Positions 23,503 to 37,207 of a stretch of DNA of 64,000 bases are shown piece by piece. How positions within the stretch are numbered: the stretch's first letter is position 1; each line of letters starts with the position of its first letter. The DNA is taken from NCBI GenBank assembly GCA_010909165.1, contig VJWM01000178.1, positions 186,001 through 250,000 on the forward strand, written 5' to 3'. A program made the translations under genes and the position numbers. Under the pieces are notes generated by a model. That model was not told the origin of the DNA and ran no database searches. It was given only the letters and a program-made list of their open reading frames with translations. The DNA comes from Anthoceros angustus. Lineage: Eukaryota; Plantae; Anthocerotophyta.

Positions 23503-24062
23503 GAGTCGAGCTGAACGTTATGTGCTGGGACCAAATTCAGTTCCAAATTGCACAGCATCTTGAGCTGCTTGCAAAGCAAGCTGATGACCCTCTTGTGGAT
23601 AAATCTTGATAAGCAAGTGCTCACATTGATACAATGCTCTGTAACTGAGCTACTTTCTCACCTGATCAAAGTACCCACATGACCCGTTGTTTCCACAGTT
23701 GCCACAACACAGTAAGGATGTCTTTCTACCTAGTTGTTACAGGAACTCCTCAGGCAAATCTTCCAGGGCACACTCTTCGGGAGTCAGAGTCCGTGCCGGG
23801 GAAGGATCATCAGGTTCATCAATATGGGTGTCCCAAATCGCGCTGTACAAAGTATTAGAGCCTTCAAACACTCCAGCCAGCCCATCATAAGGGTAGAAAA
23901 GGATCGCATCTGTCCTACCAAATGCATCACAACAAGTTTAGCTTCTGCTTTCAGATGATCTGTGGTCCAACCTGACGTTCATATCTAGTTGAAGACGAGC
24001 TAATAAATAATAATATTCATCTGATAAATTATTTGATCAGACCAGCTATACAAGCAGTTGAT

Positions 24063-27000
24063 CTAGTTACACTGAACATTTAACTTAGGGGCAAACGTGA
24101 CTGGATCCACAGCAAATGCCATACGTCGGGCTCCAAAGGCAAGCATGAATCTTTCGTCCTCGGTCAATGGTCTTTGGATCACTTTGATACTCGTGAGTTC
24201 CTGCACCCACCAGACCTCGGCTGTTAATAACACAGCCTACGTAATACTTCTGCACACTACGGAGCACAATCGGAATCGGAAGGTTTTTACCTTCACACCA
24301 CCCCGAGTTGGTGTTTCAAATTTGGTTGTGGCCTCACCACCTATTTTAATTACATTATTCACATTACCCCATCTGTCGGACTCTGTTGGGAGGTTGTTGG
24401 AGTGCCTCCATTGGCCCCCAACAATGAACTTATACAGGTACCTGCAAGTGAGGAGAAACTCTGACGATTGGACATATCCAGAAGTTCAAACCATCTGAAG
24501 TGTTGAGCCAGCACTACCAGAACAACACACTCGGTGCTCAAGCAACAATACCAAAACAACTACTTTACTTCTAGAACTTACTTGCCCTGTGGAAGACGAA
24601 GGTCAACCGTGTACTTCGGTCCACTCGCAGGAACTGCCCTGATGGGTTCGTTCCAACCTCCCTGGAACTCACCAACAAGCAAAACCTCCTCGCCCTGAAC
24701 AACAGTGACACCGTGGCATTTCAGATTTCCGTTAGCCTGAGCCACCCTCTCCTACGCAGAACCTGGCACGGTAGACCATGCTGTCTTCAAAGCTTTTCAA
24801 ACGAAGAACTTACATCCCTGCACCCATGATTCCAAACAAACTGGACAGAATGTGTTGGAGGTCCCTGATGATTTTCTTTCTCAACCATTGCTATGATATC
24901 CCATGTGGCCCAAACCAGAGCTGGCCTGCACAGAGACGTTTTACATCAGCCATGGATCCATATCAGGCAAGACATTTTCCCGAACTTGTTCACTTCAGAA
25001 TAATGAATAACAGGTGAGTTACAAACAGAAATTCTGGAAAGACGTAGTGTCACTCACAAGTCCACTCCACACGGGCGCACATTGTTGACAAACTCAACAG
25101 CATCTTCTAGTGCAACATCTTGAATCCAGTGAAGATACGCAATGGCACAAGCAGGAGAGTGCTCGAGACCAGTCGTGCAAGTGACATAAACTTTGTGGCT
25201 CCTTCTCAACAGTCTATACAAGATTCCCACCGCCAAAGGCAACTTTCGCCGCAAATCTACTGAGTCAACATCCCTGCCAATGAATACCCATATTGCCATT
25301 TAGAAAGCGCGAACTCTCCAACTAAATGTGGTCAGCCAAAAGAGCAGCACTCACCGAATAGGGAACTGTACATATACCAGACCAGCCTCTCGAGCAGTTC
25401 TTTCAATTGCATCAGCATTGATGGACCAGTTCACAAAAGAGCTGTTCCTCTGAAGGTTGAGGATGGCTGTTATCCCCTATGTGCCAAACCAGCAACCAAT
25501 GAGTTCACAGCCATAGCTGGTAGACCTGAAAGTCTTTTCTGTTCCGAGACCCAGGATGGCAAAAGGAAAAGCCAGCCAGGCTACACATGCATACCGCTGT
25601 CTGGGCAAGATTTTGTACATCAGCTTCAGACTGGATACAAGATCCCACGAAAATCTGCTCAGTCACCTGGAGCAATACCATGACCACATAGTAACAGACC
25701 CATCAGTAGAAAAGAACAGCTCTACAGAGCACTCAATACAGTAGGGCAGAACATGACTAGTTCCTATCCAGACAGATTTCGCAGCAGTGCCCACCTTGCT
25801 ATAATTTATGCCTTGCCTATGGTAGTAGGTTAAATCATACCGAGCTCGAGACAAGGCCCTATTGTATTCCTCCAGTGGAAAGTTGCCATGAATCCATTCA
25901 AGCTCTCCCTCTGACTCTTCATCACTAAAAGAGGCAATAATTTCAAAAGGAGCCTCACCACCTGACCATGCCTTTGATTCATTGTCTCTGTCAGATTCCT
26001 CATCATCAGATAAAACTGGCCAACCAGCCCCTCCTGTGACGTTCGCCAAGGCTTTCAATGCTCTTGGCATAAGCAACTTGGAGGAAAAAACAGAAAATCC
26101 AACATTTCCTCCACCTCGACATTCCTCTTCGTCTATACAAGGCTGATACGCTGAAACCATATACTGGGGATGCCAAGTAGAGACTGCAACACGCCCAGCA
26201 TTGAATGGCACCTCCTTAGTGCTATCCATGACTGGCTGGAGCTGTAGGGGTGCTGGTGACCTTTCAAACACAAGGCTCACCGGTCCACTTCGGGCCTTAA
26301 TGGCGTGCCTGCAGGGCGTCACGTGAAGGTCAGTGGAAACCATTTGTGGGATTGGCTCTCATACTCAGGCACGAGCCAGATAAATGATTGACAAGCAGCA
26401 AATTAAGTGATACAACATAAATCCTCCTGATTGGCTTTGTTAGATGCATTATATGGCCCTTACATGGTCCGACCAAAGTCAGATACATCCCACATGCCGT
26501 CACCAAATACAGCGCTGGTTTTCTTCAGGACATCTCCGACCATAATCATCTGCGAGTTTGCGGCATTCCCCTGCAAGGAGGGGACACATGCAAGCTCAAA
26601 TAGCAGCAAATGTACTGGGTGCCTATATCAGGCGCTGCTGACCTGCCTGAACTTGACAAGAGTACGGGAAAAGGGCTAGTACACTTGTCAGCAGGAAGGA
26701 ATCGCAAGAACAAATGCTGTCCTACTCACATTCATCGCAAGAGCTTCTACATAGACCTTGCCACTTAAAGTCTGGGCGAACCGAATGCCGATTGGCTTCT
26801 CCAAGGTGACCATATATTCATCCAAATTGATCTTATGAGACAACAAGCGTAGCCCACCCCGTTCTCCTGAATCTTGATACCCTGCTCTCACCTGTAAACT
26901 ATCAACACGTCGGGTTCTCTCCAAACGTGATACCGGGGGAATCGACCAAGAGACATGTAGTCTCCTGCCCCACAAACCACTGCTCCCCAATGCAAGGTCT

Positions 27001-27497
27001 CCAAGCACCATAGCCTGCTTGACCTCGCCAGCTGAAATTATCCCACCACGAGAGCCTGCATAGCTCCGACAAGCCATGGCAAGCCCGCCCCCACCCTGCA
27101 CCTTGCAATCCCTAACCGAACAATTGCCCACAACAAATGCTACCGACAGTCTGTAGCGTCCAGAGGAGCTCGGAAAATGCCCATCCGCACAACCATAACT
27201 CTTCCCGCGCAAGACAGAAAGGGCACGATTCCACCTCAAACCACCCAAATTCCTCCCATTCCCACTTGCCATCGCAAAACACTCCACCCAGCACTTGCCT
27301 CCCGCCCCAACTTCACCGGGGGCTGCACCCAGCACGGAATTCCGTTGCAGCCCCACTCCGTGATCAAGCAAGGAACCACCTTGAGCAACGTCCCGCCCAG
27401 ACAGCCTGCCTGCTGACACGTGCAGCAGAGTGCAGTTGGAGGCGGCCATCCCTTGCGATGGGCACGCGCCAAACTGCTGCAGAGTCAAAATTGCCAT
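24063..27497 (-). CDS. LSF1: Phosphoglucan phosphatase-like LSF1 (PDZ + DSP + CBM48), chloroplastic, multi-exon
   Basis: KINLDEYMVTLEKPIGIRFAQTLSGKVYVEAL (PDZ), EWIHGNFPLEEYNRAL, VTEQIFVGSCIQ, DLRRKLPLAVGILYRLL...VYVTCTTGLEHSPACAIAYLHW, YKFIVGGQWRHS (CBM48), RPLTEDERFMLA. Confidence 0.95.
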
Positions 27498-28208
27498 GCA
27501 GCCCACTCCTGACGCCCACCATCAACCACCCTCAGCGGGCAGCATGCGTCCCTTGATCGAAGCCCGATCGGGACATTCATATCCTGTCAGACATCTGCCC
27601 TGCTGCTGCACAACCAAGGCAGACAACGCGCAGTGTCGTGGCGGCCCACAATTCCCAACGCTGGCTTCATGCATCTCCCGTGGCACACACCAATCCCGTG
27701 GCAGCTGCAGAAAAAATATCCGTGGCCATCCAGACATAAATATCTTCTCCGCCCACCTCCACCTCCCGCGGCTGGGGCCCCCGCCCTCAACCTCCCAGCA
27801 GGGCCCGAGCCCACTGCGTAGCTCCGCCCCCTCCCCGAGACAGTGGATTCGGCAAAGAGAAGGCAAATGTGCTGCTTCTTCCTGCGTCTGCAGCAAGACC
27901 CAGGCCACGTGGCGTCGTTCCGGTCTTTTCGGTTTCAACCGTAGGTTCCATTAATATGTACACACGAAGGATCCTATCCTCTCCTCCACCAACGGGTCCT
28001 TTCCTCTCCTCAACGAAGGCTCCTATCCACTCTTCCAACAGCATCAGATCCAAAGGAAATTGCAGCGAAGATGGCATCACCTTGAACCCAATTTAGGCCA
28101 TAGCCAAGAACCTGCCAAATGCTACTCACCTAAAATGCCCAGAAGAACGCACTTGCTATTCCAATTACATACAAGACAGCAGCAAAGAAGGGCTGCCCAG
28201 AGAAGAGA

Positions 28209-29271
28209 TCAGGAGCTTGGTTTCTTCACATCGGATTCCACCTCTGGCACAAGCTCTTTGAAGGTCTGCACCAACGTAGCAGCCTTGTAGGTGAAGAAGC
28301 CGATGAGCATGGGGATCAACTGCAAGTGCACCACATCGTACTGGGGCACGAGCAGCTCGTTCCAGCGGTTGTAGAGCATGACGAGGGCCACAGGCACCAG
28401 GAGCCGGGGCTGCCCAGCAGCGCCCTTCACGGCGCCTTCCAGGCTGCTGCCGCCGAACGAGTCGACGCTGTCCCCGAGCATCCTGATGTAAGCCAGGCTG
28501 CCCAGCAATCCAATGCCATAGCTAGCGGCCACCTCGGGAGTGTAGTAAACAAACACAAACCCGGTGCAAACCCCGCCAATCCCGACCGTCAGCGTCTGCA
28601 AATCCCGCTTCAGCTCCAGGTACTCCTTCCTTTCCCGCTCCCTGACCAGCACAGGGTCCAGCTGCTCCATCTCCGCCTCCCGCAGCAGGGTCTCGGACCC
28701 GCTCACGCCCTGCTTCCGGGCCCTTGCCCAGCGCTCCTCCTCCCGCCTGGTGGGCGCGAAATTCCACGCCGGCCTCGGCTTGCTGGCCCGCCGCTCCGCC
28801 AGGCCGCCGTCTCCTGGCCGCCTGCACCTGCCGCTCCAGCGTCGCCCGCGACGGCTTCAGCAGCTCCTGGCTCAAATCCACGTCCATGGAATCCAGCGCC
28901 AGCGCCCGGTTCAGGCTGAGGAAGCCGGAATCGCCCACCTCCTGTGCCGGCTCTGCCGGCTCATCCTGAGGCTCCTGCAGCCGGACGTGCGGCTGCCAGT
29001 CCTTCTTCCAAATGTAGTCGTCTGTGGACTCCAGCGGATCCGCCTTGTTGCCTCCCCACATTTTGGTGGGCTTGAAATCCAGCGGCGGGCCGCCGTATTC
29101 TCCCGGGGCAGTGCCCGTCGACCATTGCGAGCGCCGCCTTTTCTGTGGGCGAGGCCTCAGCGCGATGCCTTCCTCCTTGCGCGGCTGATCCTGCTGCTGT
29201 TGCTGCGCCTCGCCCGAGACGACCACGATCCGGCCTGCCGGAAGCAGGCTCGCGCACAGCAGCATTTTCAC
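28209..29271 (-). CDS. CGL160: CGL160 (chloroplast ATP synthase assembly factor, AtpI/Atp1-like C-terminus); one apparent frameshift at ~28800-28815
   Basis: N-terminal frame WSTGTAPGEYGGPP...KMWGG...DDYIWKKD...SGFLSLNRALALDSMDVDLSQEL. Second frame WNFAPTRREEERWARA...EYLELKRDLQTLT...YIRMLGDSVD...QPRLLVPVALVMLYNRWN...LIGFFTYKAAT. Confidence 0.93.
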
Positions 29272-29526
29272 GCTCCAGAATTGAATTGAACCAACCCCTG
29301 ACTTGAAGCCCCCAAAAAGGAAGGCAAAGCAGAGCCCTAAACCCTGGTGAAGGGTTTACAAAGCTAAGGTATATATTTATGGCTGTATGTATGCCGATAT
29401 GGTTTGTACGCGACGTCCTGTGTGGTTGGACTCGCGGACCGTCTCGTAGTCTACATATGCGATCGGATTGCTGTTTTATTGATTGCAAACTAAGGATAAG
29501 GAGATCACACCAGGCCGCGAGGCAAG

Positions 29527-32024
<2,498 letters not shown>

Positions 32025-34192
32025 TGGAAGGGAGCTCCCCGAAGCAGTGCTCCTCCGTACTCATGTGACAACCATGGCATAGCGTGAAGTCCCAAGTTCC
32101 ATCTCCCACGCAACACCGGTGCTCCCCTGCTTCCGCAGCTTCCCAGGCCGGCTGATGCAACTCTGCCGATTGTCACGATGAGGGCGAGAGTTGGAGGCAG
32201 CTAGCTACGCTTGGTGGGGACCGTTGGGAGCACTGCACGTCATGTGGCGCAACCTCGGCAGGCGACGTAAAAGGGCAACAGGACAGCAGGTGTCCGTTCC
32301 CATGTCCCGTTGGAGGGCGCACCGTCAACCCTGACTGAAAGGTCTGATGCCGCCCAGGCGCGTCCCCCCGCGGTGGGTGGGCTGCCCGTATCAACGGCAC
32401 CCTGTACTCCTGCAGTGGTACTGACTGAAGGTAAAATACACTTCTGTATGCTCCCTGTGCTGTTTGCAGTACGCACTGACAAAGGAGGCTGATGAGAGGC
32501 GCACATGCTGCAAATCACTGACTCCGTAGCTCGTGTGTCAGACCAGGTCTCACCTTTCTGGCTGTTGTTAGAATACTGTTCCTCCTTAACGCCAATGACG
32601 CTCGTGCGGGAGTGTGTTGTCATTTTTCCCCTTCTCTGTCCATTTGCGTCCACACTCACATGTCGACTACCTCCAACGCGGGGAGCGGAGACTGTGCTCT
32701 TGCCTGTTCTGTTGCACGAGGAACCGGTGGGTTCAGATTTCCACGCGCTTCCTCCTCCTGTGAAGGATGAAGCAGGCAGCCCCTGCCCCGTTCAGGGTAA
32801 GCGGATCCAGATTCTAGCTCCTGCCGTTGCTGTTTGTCTTCCAGCCAATCGAGTGAAGGACAGCGAAATAGCATCCATTTCCGGGTACACAGAGAGGCAA
32901 ATATCCCACGGCCGAGGCCGGAGGCGGAGTCTTTACGCGTTTGTGGGCCAATGTTCGCCTAAAAAATAAAATTCTCCTTCTTCTTCTTCTAAGCGTTGCT
33001 CCAGCTGGCGCTGGTGAGGATCTCAATTCCCCTCAAACCTCGGCTTCCCCTCCATACATATGTCCCACTGCCAGCCTTTGCTGCGGGCCCACCGGACCGG
33101 CGCCTTCCGGCTGGCCAGGAAAGTTCTGACCTAGCAACCCGGGGACCCCGGTCTCCGGTCCCGGTTTCGCCACGCCTTCCGCGATGCTTCGCCGCTCCAT
33201 GCGCAGGCCGGGTACCGCGCACCGCGAGGGCCCAGGCGGTGGGAGCGGGCGCAACGGAGTATCGCCAGGCGGCTCGGCGGCGGTCGCGTTTGCCTGCTTT
33301 GGTTTAACCTGGCGGTAAGGAAACGTGGTGAGGCCCTCACGTTCCCGCGTCCGCCAGCGAAGAAGCGGCAGGCGCGGCAGCTTCCCTGCCCGCTTCTCCT
33401 ATTAAGCGGCCTCGGAACACCGAGTTCCTCAAGCTGCTCTGCTGCAGCGTCTGCCATCCCTCAGCCCCGAGCGAGATCGCAGACTGCACGCCTGCTGCAG
33501 CATTGCCGTCCTGTCTCCTTGCGCGCTGCCTGCCGCTGTCGCTGCTGCCGGTTTCGTCTCTCGAGCCCCATCGCTGCCGCCGCTGCCGCCGCTGCCGCTT
33601 GCTAGCCGGGGGAGATCCGATCCAGGCAGGTACCTGAAGGCGTGTCTGTTACGCTTGCGCGGGCCTCGGGTGGGAGAGGGTAGAGGGGAAGGAATGCTGA
33701 GCGATGGATGTGTAGGGACGGAGGAGTGGATTGGAGAGCTGTCTCGGATTGCGCGGCTGTGTCCACCTTGTGTGGAGCGGGCTGCGGATCTGTTTTGCTT
33801 TGGCTCCGAGGCAACGTGGTTTTAGCTTCGCTGTGCGGAGGAAGAGCCTATAAGTTTGCGGATTTGATAGATTCAAGTCTGCTGTTCTTTGCTTTGCGGA
33901 GGGACAGGGCCGGTGCCGGATGTTTCTTTGTCGCTGTCTTGTCTGGATCGGCGGAGAGTATCAGTTGGCAGGATTTTCCCCGTCTGGATTCTGCTGGTGT
34001 TGCTAAATAACGGTAGCGGTTTGGGAAGGGGGAGAGTGATTTCGGGGACGTTGTTCTTGTGTTCGAACGGGGGATCTGGAGCAGAGGAGGCTGAATCTCT
34101 GTGGGATGTGAGATTGGGGGAACTCTATGGAACCAGCAGGACTGATCTTGAGCTTGTTGCTCTTGTGCGCAGTGCAACTTCAGCTCACGGCA

Positions 34193-35032
34193 ATGGCTCG
34201 CTCGTGCATCGCGCTGTTCGTGGTCGTCGTCCTGGCTTCGGCCTCCTTTTCATATGGTACGACGCTTCCCGTTTCCGAGCTGATCATTGGACCTGGCGCG
34301 TTTGTCTTGACTTTTAACGACCCCTAAGTGAACTTGTGGTTTTTTCTTAACGGGGTATTTCTGGGAACGTGCAGGGGCCCTCCAGTGCGAGGAGCTGCTG
34401 GTTGAGGACTGCGCCTTCTCCGTCGCGTCCAGCGGAGCTCGCTGTGTGTTGGAGAAAGTGTACTCCCCCGATGGAGTCACTCGGTTGGAGTGCCAGGTGC
34501 TCATCTAATTCAATCTCCTCGTCTAAGCTGAATTCGATAGCCAGGTCGGGCGCCGCAGTCAAGTGAATTCGATAGCCAGGCCAAGTTTTTTCTCTGAAGC
34601 TCTCTACTTTTACAGACGTCTGTCGTCGTTGCCGACAAGGCTGTGGAATGGATCGAGACCGACGAGTGCATTGAAGCCTGCGGCCTTTCCCGCATGACCT
34701 TTGGACTGTCCACCGATGAGCTTTTGGATGTAGATGCTTTGAACAAGCTGTGCTCCTCATCATGCATGGGCTCTTGCCACAACATTTTGGACCTCTACAT
34801 CAAGTTGGCTGCCGGAGAAGGTACTGCCCGAAGCTTGTCCTGCATGGGTGACCGATAATTGGATTCGAGAAGTCACCTAACTTTGTCCTCACTCGTATAT
34901 CCAGGTATCTACCTGCCCCAGCTCTGCGCTTCCAACAGTCAGCAGGGAAGGAGGTCTTTGGCCGTCTTGGAGGACACCTGGTCATATGACTCCGCTGCCC
35001 CCGCCCCTGCACCCTCTTCTTACTTCTCGTGA
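34193..35032 (+). CDS. PAR1 (photoassimilate-responsive protein) family, secreted, 4 coding exons
   Basis: Signal peptide MARSCIALFVVVVLASASFS, then QCEELLVEDCAFSVASSGARCVLEK...ECQ|TS...EWIETDECIEACGLSR..GLSTD...KLCSSSCMGSCHNILDLYIKLAAGE|GIYLPQLC. Confidence 0.92.
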
Positions 35033-35957
35033 GTTCTCATTGCCTGGAGGGGTCGAATGGTTTGCCTCGTATGTTTTAATTGAACTCCAATTGAATATTT
35101 TCTGTATTTTGCCTCGGCAGGGATAACTGGAACTCGCAGGACTTCTAGACGACAGGTTCGCTTCGCCCTTGACATGGTTCTTAAAACCGGATTTCTTTCG
35201 TCAAGAGATTGAGACAATTCTTTGACCACTTATGATTGTTCTTTTTAATTCATGTTTGGGACAATAATGGTAGATTTTCAATGGTTATCTTCGCGGTTAG
35301 CTAGCAGCAGAGATAGCATTGAGTATTCCTATCGTATACAGTCTCTGGGTCCGTTGTAAGGAGACTACAGGTTCTTTCATATTATACATATATGCTGTCT
35401 TCTGGGGCATCCGAGGACTTGTGAAAGATCTGTGCAGTGTGCAGCCCGAAGGCAGACTCGTTCCAAAGTAGGCTAGGAGTATATAATCCGAAGAGGTGAT
35501 AATTCTTGCCTTGATTACCTGGCGTCGAGAATAGATAACAATTGAGATTGTATTATCAAATTTGAGCCGTACAGCTCTGATAATAAAAGAAAAGAAACTT
35601 CTAGAGTTTTTCCTGTTGTAACAAGCACAGATTCTATATCCCCCCGACCTGTGCTATTAAATTCCTTCCCAATCTCAACCACCTTCACTGCCATCCACTT
35701 CAAAAGCCCCAGCCAGGTTACTCAGCTGCAGCCCCAGTCAATTGAGTAAACTGAACCATTAAAATCTTCGGAGTAATCAAGCACTTAAATCGTCAGGGAG
35801 TGATGTCACACGTATGCCTCTGCAGCCAAACTCTGAACCAAACCACCTAAGAATCCAATCTGCCTAACTCTGAACCAACCATCTGTGAATCCTTTAGCAA
35901 TCAAGATTCCACTCAGCCTCATTAACGAATGTGCTGCATCCGCCAACAATGCTGGCA

Positions 35958-36794
35958 TCAATTGAATTTTGTTTTGGTTGAACTCTTCAAAGGCTTTGCC
36001 AATGGCCTTGTGAGCTTCTGCACCTTATTCATGTCGTACCTGATGCTCAACCCTGCCAATACCAAAGCTAACAGCAAAACAGGGTATGCCTGGGTTGAAG
36101 TCGAGGCGCTCTCGACACCAGCAGGCCTTTCGAAAATTCCCTCCTTCAGAAGACCCCATATGATGAAGAGAATGCCGAATAAACCCATCCTTCCAGGCTT
36201 GAAGAGCCCCACGAGGGCGCCAGCAACCACAAAGTAGCTCCCAACCACCACCTAAGGGGCACAAAAGCTGTTACACTAGTTGCCATGACATCCAGCTTCC
36301 TAAGTGCTGCAAACCATGCCATTCAAAGTGACCCAGTGCAGCTGAGGCTAACGCAGTGCCAAAATGATGAAGACCTAACCTCGATTCGGTAGATGTAAGC
36401 CTTTGAGGGAGCATCGAACTGGGTCATGTTGTAGTCTCCCAGAATCGTTGACCACTTCGGACTATTCCCTCGTCCAAGAAGAGAATGAAAAGCAGCTCCT
36501 GGATACAGCAAGACCTTGACCACAGCCTCAGGTACTGCTTTTGACACAGCAATCTGTCCTGCCGTAACCTCCACCGGAGAGTAGCAAACTCCTGTCCGAC
36601 ACGGAACACTGAAAACAAGCAGACAAACAAAGCCTTCAGCCACCCAACGACTCCAGGAAAGGATCCAGGACTCCAGCTAAGCAATCAGCTCAGAAGACAA
36701 ACTCGAAGCTTTGTGATGGCCTCCTCACCTGAAGAGTGGAATTTGAAGCATCACTATGAGGAAGAAACCCTGTGCTGCTCTGATGGGAATCCAT
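35958..36794 (-). CDS. Conserved plant membrane protein of unknown function (3 exons; start uncertain)
   Basis: Spliced reading ...VPCRTGVCYSPVEVTAGQI...YRIE|VVVGSYFVVAGALVGLFKPGRMGLFGILFIIWGLLKEGIF...AKPLKSSTKTKFN, with canonical GT-AG sites. The GSY...KPGRM..FG.L..IWGL.KEG motif is recalled from conserved plant unknowns. Confidence 0.7.
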
Positions 36795-37207
36795 GGAGCG
36801 ACCATCTCGCACGTCCGCAACTCTACCCCGTGCCGATCGTGCACGAAGCAAATTCACCAATTCCAGATCCCTCCCGCCCTTTAGATTCTTCTCATCCCCC
36901 GCTCCTCGACGGAGTGCCGTCACCAGCGTCTCACAGCGTGTTTTGCTAAATGTAGCATCCAGCAACCTCGGCCGCCCCGAGGAAGCAGGGTTTACAAAGA
37001 GAGTATCCCAGAGTTACTCTACGGACTGTGGATTTGCTTCAAAGGGTTGATTTGGGATTTGTTTCCAGGTTGGCAGCCTAGTCCTGGAGGAGGGGAATCG
37101 GATGCTGAACGGTGCCCCACATAGTGATCGTTGCCGGGTGAAGGAGAATTGTAGATTGGTTGGAACATCTTCCGGCCCCGTCTGTGGAAGGGAGTGATCA
37201 TACACAC

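Noticed and set aside
28326-29289. Plus-strand ORFs of 197 and 241 aa
   Set aside because: Antisense shadows of GC-rich CGL160.
34525-34585. 17-bp direct repeat tgaattcgatagccagg in a PAR1 intron
   Set aside because: Small local duplication with no evidence of function.
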